The notes under the pieces were generated by a model. It worked only from the letters and a program-made list of their open reading frames with translations, ran no database searches and was not told the DNA's origin. The position numbers and the translations under genes are program-made. From an uncultured Maribacter sp. (lineage in GTDB: Bacteria; Bacteroidota; Bacteroidia; Flavobacteriales; Flavobacteriaceae), in NCBI GenBank assembly GCA_964507115.1, contig CAZDOW010000001.1, positions 20,806 through 84,805 on the forward strand: DNA of 64,000 bases, read 5' to 3'. Below, one piece after another: positions 10,534-18,342 of the stretch; position 1 is the first letter of the stretch; every line of letters starts with the position of its first letter.

Positions 10534-11145
10534 ATGCCTTTCAAAAAATTACATCCAGAACTACTCGAAAGACTGGAACAATTTGAAATTTCTGAACCTA
10601 CATCTTTTCAAAAAAAAAGTATTCCGGTGGTAAAAAGTGGCGCCAATGTATTTTGTGTAGCACCCAAAGACAATGGAAAAACAACTACACTCATCCTTAC
10701 CACTTTGCAGAAAATTGGCTATAAAGCAGAGGGGAATGCACCAAGGGCAGTTGTAATTGTAGAAAATAAGACAAAAGCACTTGAGCTCTACAATACTTTT
10801 CTAAATTTCACCAAATACAGTAATGTAAGGGTTTACGTTGGGTATGAGGAACTTCATATCGATATTCAAAAATCAGAAATATTTGAGGGTATTGATATTT
10901 TAATTTCCACTCCAAAAACCTTGAATAAGTTATTCTTATTAAATGGCGTAAGCACTTCACAGCTAAAACTTTTTAGTATTGATGATGCTGATTTTCTATT
11001 GCAAAAATCAGATGGTAGCGCAATCATTTCTGTAACACAGAGTATTGAAAAATGCCAATATGTGTTATACTCAGAAACAATACACCCAAAGCTAAAGCGG
11101 TTCGAATCCTATTTTATGGAGCGGGCGAAAATGGTGAAAATATAG
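10534..11145 (+). CDS. Stand-alone DEAD-box helicase domain-1-like protein (degenerate motifs, no helicase C-terminal domain)
   Basis: 203 aa. Q-motif-like FQKKSIP; motif I APKDNGKTT (canonical AxTGSGKT); motif Ib STPKTL; motif II IDDAD (canonical DEAD); motif III SET (canonical SAT). Motifs IV-VI are absent and only 186 nt separate it from the next gene. Confidence 0.6.
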   Translation: MPFKKLHPELLERLEQFEISEPTSFQKKSIPVVKSGANVFCVAPKDNGKTTTLILTTLQKIGYKAEGNAPRAVVIVENKTKALELYNTFLNFTKYSNVRVYVGYEELHIDIQKSEIFEGIDILISTPKTLNKLFLLNGVSTSQLKLFSIDDADFLLQKSDGSAIISVTQSIEKCQYVLYSETIHPKLKRFESYFMERAKMVKI

Positions 11146-11331
11146 CCTATAATTTAAATGAGTTGCGCTATAAATACGTTGCCATTGCAATTGTTATTGA
11201 ATTCTCAAGCTAAATAAGGCTGGTTCTAGTGTGAATGGAATGGTCTTTCACAACGTTAATAGCATATTTAACGGGATAAGTTTTTGAACTGAATAATCAA
11301 GAAATTTAATTGAAAAACTATCTTCGCGGCC

Positions 11332-12237
11332 ATGTGGATGTATTTAGGACTTTTGGCAGCGTTATTCTTAGGATTACACAACTTATGTAAAAAACATGCG
11401 GTACGTGGAAACGAAGTGTTTCCTGTTCTTTTAGGTACTATTTCTTCGGGTTTTCTACTTCTTTTACCCTTGTTCCTTGGCTCTTTGTATGCGCCTAAAT
11501 ATATGGATACCATTGGGCTTACCGTTACCAGAATCCCCTGGTCTCATCATGGTTTTATTTTCATAAAATCTATATTAATGACGGGGTCTTGGGTACTAGC
11601 ATATCAAGCCTTAAAACATTTACCTATTACCATTGTAACCCCTATTCGTTCGGCTGGTCCATTTTTCACATTTATTGGGGCAATTTTCATTTACCACGAA
11701 CAGCCAACAGGTTGGCAATGGATCGGTTTTTTCTTGATTATCTTTTCAGTTTTTCTTTATTCTAGGATTGGAAAAAAAGAGGGTATCAATTTTAAAAATA
11801 ACAAATGGGTTTTTGCTATCATCGGGGCTACCTTCTTAGGCGCATCCAGCGGACTATATGATAAGTTTCTTATTCAAAACCTACAGCTAAACCCTCAGAC
11901 GCTGCAGTTTTGGTTTTGCTGGTACACGGTACTGATACTATTGGTAATTTTAGCAGTAACGTGGTTCCCTTTTGCTGTAAAACGAAACGCATTTATTTGG
12001 CGATGGTCTATCCCAGCAGTGGGAATACTATTGCAAGCGGCAGATTACTTTTATTTAAAGGCTTTAGAAGACCCAGATTCTCTTATTATGTTATTATCAG
12101 CTATAAAAAGAAGTCAAATACTAATTTCAGTAGTCATTGGTGGACTCATTTTTAAGGAACAGAACAAACGACAAAAACTAATTCCCTTGGCCGGTATCAT
12201 AATCGGCGTTGCACTTATCCTTTATAGCAACAGCTAA
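11332..12237 (+). CDS. EamA/DMT family transporter
   Basis: 301 aa with about 10 TM helices in two EamA-like halves. Confidence 0.7.
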   Translation: MWMYLGLLAALFLGLHNLCKKHAVRGNEVFPVLLGTISSGFLLLLPLFLGSLYAPKYMDTIGLTVTRIPWSHHGFIFIKSILMTGSWVLAYQALKHLPITIVTPIRSAGPFFTFIGAIFIYHEQPTGWQWIGFFLIIFSVFLYSRIGKKEGINFKNNKWVFAIIGATFLGASSGLYDKFLIQNLQLNPQTLQFWFCWYTVLILLVILAVTWFPFAVKRNAFIWRWSIPAVGILLQAADYFYLKALEDPDSLIMLLSAIKRSQILISVVIGGLIFKEQNKRQKLIPLAGIIIGVALILYSNS

Positions 12238-12292
12238 TTTCCTAAACCTGGAAGCATGCTGCAACAAAAAAATAGCTACCTAACTCCGTATA

Positions 12293-13429
12293 CTAAATAC
12301 CAAGTAGTCCAAAAGCGCCCTTAACCAAAAATTTCGCGTCCTCTGAAAACGCTTCTATCCCTTCAATACCCATATATGCCGCTCCGGTAGCACTAATAGT
12401 TACTTCTTGGGGATGAAAATAAAAAGCGTCTCCTTCCCTTTTGTCCAAGACCAAAACATAAGGGATTGCACCTACAAAGACTACCGCTTCACTTGGTAAC
12501 GCGTTTGCAGTTATAGCACTAGTTACAATCCTAGCATCTACAAACATCCCAGTCAGGAAATTATTCTTTGATTCGTCCATTAAGTGCCCGTGTACTTTTA
12601 TTGTGCGGTTTTCCTCCATAGCAGCACCTACTAGATAGACTTCAGCCTTAAAGCTTTCTTCTGATGCTTCAGGAATTTTAAAATCAATAGTTTGACCCTT
12701 TTTGATCTTCATAATATCTTTTTCAAAAACGGATAATTCTAAATGAATATGCTCGTTGTCTATAATCTCCAAAATGGAAGTAGCTGGTGAGACGTAGCTT
12801 CCCTTAGTAATATTGACCTTGGTAATACTGCCAGAAATGGGAGCGTAAACGACAGCTATAGCACTAATACTTCCTTGTGCTACTTTTGCAGGAGAAAAAT
12901 TGAGCATCTGTAATCGTCTTGCCAAACCTGTATGCCTAGCTACCGCTGATTTATACTCACTTTCTGATTTTAAAAGTTTTTTTTGTGAGGTAATGTTTTC
13001 TTCCCTCATTGTCTGATGCCGATTGTATTCGGCTTTCAAATAAGTTAATTGTTGATGCACTTCCATATACTCCTGTTGCAAGGCTAAGAATTCTGGATTT
13101 TCAATGGTTACCAGTACTTGACCCTTTTTGACGGTATCTCCTTCCAATAAAGGGGTAGTTTTTATATAACCGCCCATGGATGCGCTTACGATAGCCCTAT
13201 TTTCTGGGGGCACATCAATACGCCCATTTACCGTAACCGAAACCGAAAATTGCTTTTCTTCCAGAGTACCTATCTGCATATTATTTGTTTTAAACTGCCT
13301 TGCGGTCACTTGGATAAGACCATTATCAACTTCCTCATTTTGAGAGTCTGAGTTCTGGGTTTTATCTCCACAGGCTGTAAAAACAGCGATAAGACTTAAG
13401 TATATAATTTTAGGTATCGAACGATTCAT
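12293..13429 (-). CDS. Efflux RND periplasmic adaptor subunit (CzcB/CusB-like membrane fusion protein)
   Basis: Lipoprotein signal (LIAVFTAC). Has lipoyl/barrel-sandwich motifs (V.KGQVLVTIENPEF) and a coiled-coil hairpin. Starts 10 nt downstream of the RND gene. Confidence 0.85.
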   Translation of the reverse strand: MNRSIPKIIYLSLIAVFTACGDKTQNSDSQNEEVDNGLIQVTARQFKTNNMQIGTLEEKQFSVSVTVNGRIDVPPENRAIVSASMGGYIKTTPLLEGDTVKKGQVLVTIENPEFLALQQEYMEVHQQLTYLKAEYNRHQTMREENITSQKKLLKSESEYKSAVARHTGLARRLQMLNFSPAKVAQGSISAIAVVYAPISGSITKVNITKGSYVSPATSILEIIDNEHIHLELSVFEKDIMKIKKGQTIDFKIPEASEESFKAEVYLVGAAMEENRTIKVHGHLMDESKNNFLTGMFVDARIVTSAITANALPSEAVVFVGAIPYVLVLDKREGDAFYFHPQEVTISATGAAYMGIEGIEAFSEDAKFLVKGAFGLLGI

Positions 13430-13439
13430 AAGATGCTGT

Positions 13440-16400
13440 TTATAAGGTTAGAAAATTGACGGCGATTGCAGTCTCATTGTACAGTTGGAGCTTATCCAAG
13501 TAATCTAGGGTTATTTCGTAAGCGCTTTCTAAGCTTTGGAGATACTGATAAAAATTAATTTCTCCATTCCTAAAACTACCATGTGCCGTTTTTAAGATTT
13601 CTTCGGATAAGGTAGCTCCATCATTTTCATAATAGTCTAGCGTTTCTTGCAACTGAGAAAGTTCTGTTTGCAAGATGCGGAGCTTACCATTTAGCTGAAC
13701 GGTATATTCTTTAGATTCAGCAATGGCTATATCTGCTGCTATGCCTGCCGCTTTTATACGAGAAGACGTACCTCCAAAAAGTAGGGGAATCTTAACCCCG
13801 AGCTGATAACCCGTCAAACGATCATTGGTATTTGCAGTGGTACCCTGAAAATACTCCAAACCAATATCGGGCAATAATTGTTGCTTTTCAAAACGTTTTT
13901 CCGCCTCAGACAAAGAAATACGGTTCTGGTAGTACTCCATTTCCGGACTGTTCGCTATTTCAATATTGCTTAGTGTAACCTTAAATATTGGCTCGTCCGC
14001 TATGCGTATACTGTCTTCCGTCTGTATTGTTTTTAGCAAGTTTGTATAGGCAATTTCCACCTCTTTTTGTGATGCACTGTAGTTGAGATGTATTTGCTTT
14101 TGTTTGGAGGCAGCGGTAATCTTCTCTAAATAATTAGTTTCTCCCAACTCAAAGCGTCTGGCTGCCACATTGGCAAAATTAGCATACATACTGTCCAATC
14201 TTTTATACACCCTTTCCTTTTCCCTAGCCACTTGAAAATTATAATACGCCGTAGTAAGCCTTCTTTCTAGCCCTTTTTTCTGAATTTCAAAAGTATTCTC
14301 AGAGAGGGTATACTTGGCCTTATTTAATTTCCTTTCTGAAAAATAAACCGTGGGGAAACGAAAATCCTGCTGAATACCAAACACGCGTAAGGGCTCGTTG
14401 TTTATGGTAATGTTGTTCTCGTCAAAATGATAATAGACTTGGGTTTTATCAAAAAGATAGGCACTTTCTACCATAGCGTCCGATCGTTCTACTTGTAAAC
14501 TACTTGCCCTTAATCCTGCATTATTTTCTAGGGCTATGGGAATAAGTTCCTGTAAGTTTTTAGGAGTTTCTTGCGCCATACTAGGTACTGCACAAAGAAA
14601 CATTAGCAAAGCCAACCCCGTAATCGGAAGTTTGGTTACCGTTTTTTGTTCCGGTTGTTTCCTGTTCAGATAGGCATACAATACGGGAAGTACCAACAAC
14701 GTCAGTATCGTAGCACTAATCAGGCCACCAATAACGACTGTAGCCAATGGACGTTGCACTTCCGCACCCGCATTGGTAGAAATCGCCATAGGTAAAAAGC
14801 CAAGCGCCGCTGCGAACGCTGTTAATAATACGGCTCGTAAACGATCTTTCGTACCTTGTTTTACTAGAGCCTCTATGGTTAAAAAACTACTGGCCTTTAA
14901 TTCCTTAAAATGCTCAATAAGTACAATTCCGTTAAGCACCGCAATACCAAAAAGTGCAATAAAACCTACACCTGCCGAAATGCTGAAGGGCATATCCCTA
15001 AGCCATAATAGGAAAACGCCTCCTACTGCAGCCAAGGGAATAGCAGAAAATATCATTAAAGCCTCGGTAACCGATGAAAAAGCGAAATACAATAGAATAA
15101 ATATGAGAATCAAAGCAATGGGAACCGCAATTAGCAAGCGTGACTTCGCACTTTCTAGATTCTCAAACTGACCACCATAGCTGATACTATACCCTACCGG
15201 TAATTTTATAGTTGAATTTATGAGTCCTTGAACATCCTCCACGACTGATTGTAGGTCGCGGTTTCTCACATTGACGCCCACAACGATCCTTCGCCTGGTA
15301 TCATCCCTAGAAATTTTAGCAGCTCCTGTTTTATATTCAATAGTTGCCAATTCCGAAAGCGGCACCTTTCCGCCATCTGGTAGGTCTACATAGAGCTGTT
15401 TCAGATTATCAATATCCTTTCGTTTTCCTTTATTCAAACGTACGACCAAATCAAAACGTTTTTCCCCTTCAAAAACACTTCCCGCTTCTTTTCCTGCAAA
15501 ACCCATGGAAACCATATCGTTGAGCGCTTGGATATTAAGCCCATATCTTGCAATTTTGGCACGGTCATATTGTATGTTCATTTCAGGTAGTCCATCTACT
15601 TTTTCAACCGAGATGTCGGCCGCACCAGGAACTTCCGAAATCAAAGCCCCAATCTCACTCCCCATTTTCGCTAATACCTCTAAATCCTCCCCAAAAATTT
15701 TAATAGCAATGTCCGCGCGTACTCCAGTAATCAATTCATTAAAACGCATTTCTATGGGTTGAGTAAATTCTACTTCCATTCCCGGAATCACCGTCAAAGC
15801 TTCTTTGAACTTCTCTGCCAATTCATCCTTTGTTCTGGCCGAAGTCCATTCTTTTTTCGGCTTTAGAATAATAATAACATCACTCTCCTCCATAGACATG
15901 GGATCCGTAGGTACTTCCGCAGCTCCTATTCTGGTAACTACTTGTTTTACCTCTGGAAACTCCTGTAAAAGGATGCGTTCTATTTTGGTGGTAATTTCTA
16001 CTGTAGTACTCAATGAAGTTCCCGTTTTTAGTATAGGTTGAATCACAAAGTCACCTTCATCCAAAGTAGGAACAAATTCTGCCCCCATACTGGCATAAAG
16101 ATATATGGATACTGAGAGCAGAGTCACCGCAATACCTAAAACTATTTTTTTACTTCTTAATGCCCAATCGATAAGCGGTTCATAACTCGTATTAAGCCAT
16201 TTCATTAAACGTACCGATACATTCTTGTCCGAATTTATGGATGGCCTCAAAAATAACGAAGCAGCTACTGGAACATAGGTGAAACATAATACCATCGCAC
16301 CTACTAAAGCAAAACTAAAGGTAAGTGCCATAGGTTTAAACATTTTGCCTTCCACACCGGTTAAAGAGAGTATGGGAATAAAAACGATTAAAATAATCAG

Positions 16401-17771
16401 CTGACCAAAGATGGCGGATTTCATCATTTTTGATGCTCCTGAAAACACAATAGTATCCTGGAACTCCTGCCGCTCTTTTATATCAAGTACGACCAACGCT
16501 TCTTTCTGTTGGGTAATCTTAAAAGCAATGAACTCTACAATAATTACTGCACCATCTATAATAATACCGAAATCTATTGCACCAAGACTCATTAAATTAG
16601 CATCCACACCAAAAATATACATGAGGGAAAGTGCGAAAAGAAGGCATAACGGAATGACGGATGCTACTACCAAACCAGAACGGAAATTCCCCAAAAGTAA
16701 AACCACTACAAAAATAACAATCAAACAGCCCAGAATAAGATTTTCAGAAACGGTAAAGGTTGTCTTTGAAATTAACTCGCTGCGATCTAAAAATGCATTT
16801 ATATATACACCTTCCGGTAGTGATTTAGAGATTTCTGAAACACGTTTTTTTACAGCATCTATTACATTTTTAGAATTAGCATCCTTAAGCATCATTACCT
16901 GCCCCAGCACTTTTTCTCCTTCACCGTTTCCGGTAATGGCACCAAACCGGGTGGCGTTACCAAAACCTACTTCCGCTACATCCTTGATGTAGACTGGAAT
17001 TCCGTTTCTATTTACAACTACAATAGCCTCGATATCTTTAAGCGATGAAATCAAACCTTCGCCACGAATAAAAAATGCCTGATTTACCTTCTCTATATAT
17101 CCGCCACCGGAAACACTATTATTTTGTTGCAAGGCTTTGAAAACAGCCTGTGCAGTAATATCCATGGCATTGAGTTTTTCCGTATTTATGGCAACTTCAT
17201 ACTGTTTTAATAAACCGCCCCAAGTATTTACTTCTACCACCCCGGGAATTCCTGACAGCTGCCGTTTTACAATCCAATCCTGAATAGTTCGTAAATCTTC
17301 TGCGTTGTACTGGTCTTTATATTCTGGTTCAACATCAAGAATGTATTGGTATATTTCTCCCAACCCTGTGGTTATGGGACCCATTTCTGGTGTACCAAAA
17401 CCATCTGGAATCTTCTCGCTAGCAGATTTTATTTTTTCAGCAATCAATTGCCTAGGTAAGTAAGTACCCATATCGTCTTCAAAAACGATAGTAACAACCG
17501 AAAGTCCAAATTTGGAAATCGACCTAATCTCTTTTACGCCAGGTAGATTGGCCATTTCCAGCTCCACAGGGTAGGTGATAAACTGCTCCATATCTTCGGT
17601 AGCAAGGTTCCTAGACGTGGTTATAACCTGCACCTGATTGTTGGTAACGTCGGGTACGGCACCAATTGGAATTTGGGATAAAGCATATAACCCATAACCA
17701 ACAATGAAACTGGTAAACAAGAGTATTAGAAACTTGTTCCGTAAACTGAAATTAATAATATAGGATAGCAT
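13440..17771 (-). CDS. CzcA/CusA-type heavy-metal RND permease fused in frame to a TolC/CzcC-type outer-membrane factor
   Basis: Continuous frame. The track ORF of 1454 aa begins at TTG 17804. ATG 17771 gives the canonical RND N-terminus MLSYIINFSLRNKFLIL. The 12-TM RND body covers about 1035 aa. An internal signal-peptide-like segment ends ...CAVPSMA/QE at nt 14571/14570. The last 376 aa (13443-14570) look like an OMF. Confidence 0.85.
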   Translation of the reverse strand: MLSYIINFSLRNKFLILLFTSFIVGYGLYALSQIPIGAVPDVTNNQVQVITTSRNLATEDMEQFITYPVELEMANLPGVKEIRSISKFGLSVVTIVFEDDMGTYLPRQLIAEKIKSASEKIPDGFGTPEMGPITTGLGEIYQYILDVEPEYKDQYNAEDLRTIQDWIVKRQLSGIPGVVEVNTWGGLLKQYEVAINTEKLNAMDITAQAVFKALQQNNSVSGGGYIEKVNQAFFIRGEGLISSLKDIEAIVVVNRNGIPVYIKDVAEVGFGNATRFGAITGNGEGEKVLGQVMMLKDANSKNVIDAVKKRVSEISKSLPEGVYINAFLDRSELISKTTFTVSENLILGCLIVIFVVVLLLGNFRSGLVVASVIPLCLLFALSLMYIFGVDANLMSLGAIDFGIIIDGAVIIVEFIAFKITQQKEALVVLDIKERQEFQDTIVFSGASKMMKSAIFGQLIILIVFIPILSLTGVEGKMFKPMALTFSFALVGAMVLCFTYVPVAASLFLRPSINSDKNVSVRLMKWLNTSYEPLIDWALRSKKIVLGIAVTLLSVSIYLYASMGAEFVPTLDEGDFVIQPILKTGTSLSTTVEITTKIERILLQEFPEVKQVVTRIGAAEVPTDPMSMEESDVIIILKPKKEWTSARTKDELAEKFKEALTVIPGMEVEFTQPIEMRFNELITGVRADIAIKIFGEDLEVLAKMGSEIGALISEVPGAADISVEKVDGLPEMNIQYDRAKIARYGLNIQALNDMVSMGFAGKEAGSVFEGEKRFDLVVRLNKGKRKDIDNLKQLYVDLPDGGKVPLSELATIEYKTGAAKISRDDTRRRIVVGVNVRNRDLQSVVEDVQGLINSTIKLPVGYSISYGGQFENLESAKSRLLIAVPIALILIFILLYFAFSSVTEALMIFSAIPLAAVGGVFLLWLRDMPFSISAGVGFIALFGIAVLNGIVLIEHFKELKASSFLTIEALVKQGTKDRLRAVLLTAFAAALGFLPMAISTNAGAEVQRPLATVVIGGLISATILTLLVLPVLYAYLNRKQPEQKTVTKLPITGLALLMFLCAVPSMAQETPKNLQELIPIALENNAGLRASSLQVERSDAMVESAYLFDKTQVYYHFDENNITINNEPLRVFGIQQDFRFPTVYFSERKLNKAKYTLSENTFEIQKKGLERRLTTAYYNFQVAREKERVYKRLDSMYANFANVAARRFELGETNYLEKITAASKQKQIHLNYSASQKEVEIAYTNLLKTIQTEDSIRIADEPIFKVTLSNIEIANSPEMEYYQNRISLSEAEKRFEKQQLLPDIGLEYFQGTTANTNDRLTGYQLGVKIPLLFGGTSSRIKAAGIAADIAIAESKEYTVQLNGKLRILQTELSQLQETLDYYENDGATLSEEILKTAHGSFRNGEINFYQYLQSLESAYEITLDYLDKLQLYNETAIAVNFLTL

Positions 17772-17852
17772 TTTACATAAAATAATTAACGTGAATAGAC
17801 CCAAATAGCAGTTGATGCTTGGTGCTAAAAAAAATGAATGTTCGTAATTATG

Positions 17853-18251
17853 TTATGCTCTCCGGGGAGGCTGAAGAATACCCTCAGAGTGAAGTGAGGA
17901 CAAGGGTGCCCTATAATAAAAATCGAAGGTTCTAAATTCTGATAAATCTAAAGTATTTAGGTCTGTAACAGAGATATTCATGGTAAAATCCATTACGGAT
18001 ATAGTATGGGAATGGTGCTGAAAAGGCAATTGATCATGATCTTCCTTTTCCTCTTGATGTTCTTTGTCATGTGCAGCCTTTAGCTCCCCGTAATGCTTTG
18101 AAATGAACACCACCACATTATCTCCATATTGTTCACTGTGGAACTGAGCATGTTCAATGAACTCGTCTATTTGTACCAAATCATCTATATGCATCCCGAA
18201 GCTTTGAAGCAGGATAACGGAAGATAATAGAATGGAAAATAGTTTGCTCAT
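17853..18251 (-). CDS. Secreted His-rich small protein (candidate metal-binding component of the RND operon)
   Basis: 132 aa with signal peptide MSKLFSILLSSVILLQSFG. It has 11 His, 10 of them in residues 21-82, including HDKEHQEEKEDHDQLPFQHHSH. It ends 81 nt upstream of the RND ATG on the same strand. Confidence 0.6.
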   Translation of the reverse strand: MSKLFSILLSSVILLQSFGMHIDDLVQIDEFIEHAQFHSEQYGDNVVVFISKHYGELKAAHDKEHQEEKEDHDQLPFQHHSHTISVMDFTMNISVTDLNTLDLSEFRTFDFYYRAPLSSLHSEGILQPPRRA

Positions 18252-18342
18252 CTATCCAAAGTTAAAAAAATATGGCGAACTAGAGGAAAAACAATACAAG
18301 AAAATAACGAACGCTAACCAGAGTATCTACTACAACAGAAAA

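Noticed and set aside
11098-11108. GGTTCGAATCC, the canonical tRNA T-stem/T-loop consensus, raised the possibility of a tRNA gene.
   Set aside because: The flanks do not pair. The 5' stem would be AGCGG but the 3' side is CCTAT. No acceptor, D or anticodon arms can be drawn. The string lies inside the half DEAD-box CDS (codons ...KRFESYF...), so it is a chance match.
14773-16992. Plus-strand ORFs of 78-193 aa inside the RND gene (14773-15171, 15505-15762, 15805-16041, 16411-16992).
   Set aside because: They are antisense shadows of a strongly supported 4.3-kb CDS and have Ser/Ala/Ile-rich composition with no motifs. The same reasoning applies to other embedded ORFs in the track: 2060-2305, 3537-3839, 4840-5336, 5937-6372, 7323-7616, 7905-8279, 8684-9641, 11268-11513, 11910-12155, 20242-20457, 20946-22490 (minor frames), 23042-23474, 26868-27746, 31054-31494, 31660-31917, 33150-33398, 34245-34466, 35214-36429 (minor frames), 36691-36900, 38308-39130 (minor frames), 39263-39958 (minor frames), 40777-41001, 43304-43608, 45687-45878, 46200-46400, 47629-47943, 49297-49589 (minor frames), 49883-50155, 50797-51928 (minor frames), 52338-52589, 54293-54493, 55087-55440, 55842-56568 (minor frames), 57367-57579, 59144-59353, 60597-60797, 61376-62134 (minor frames) and 62173-62810 (minor frames).
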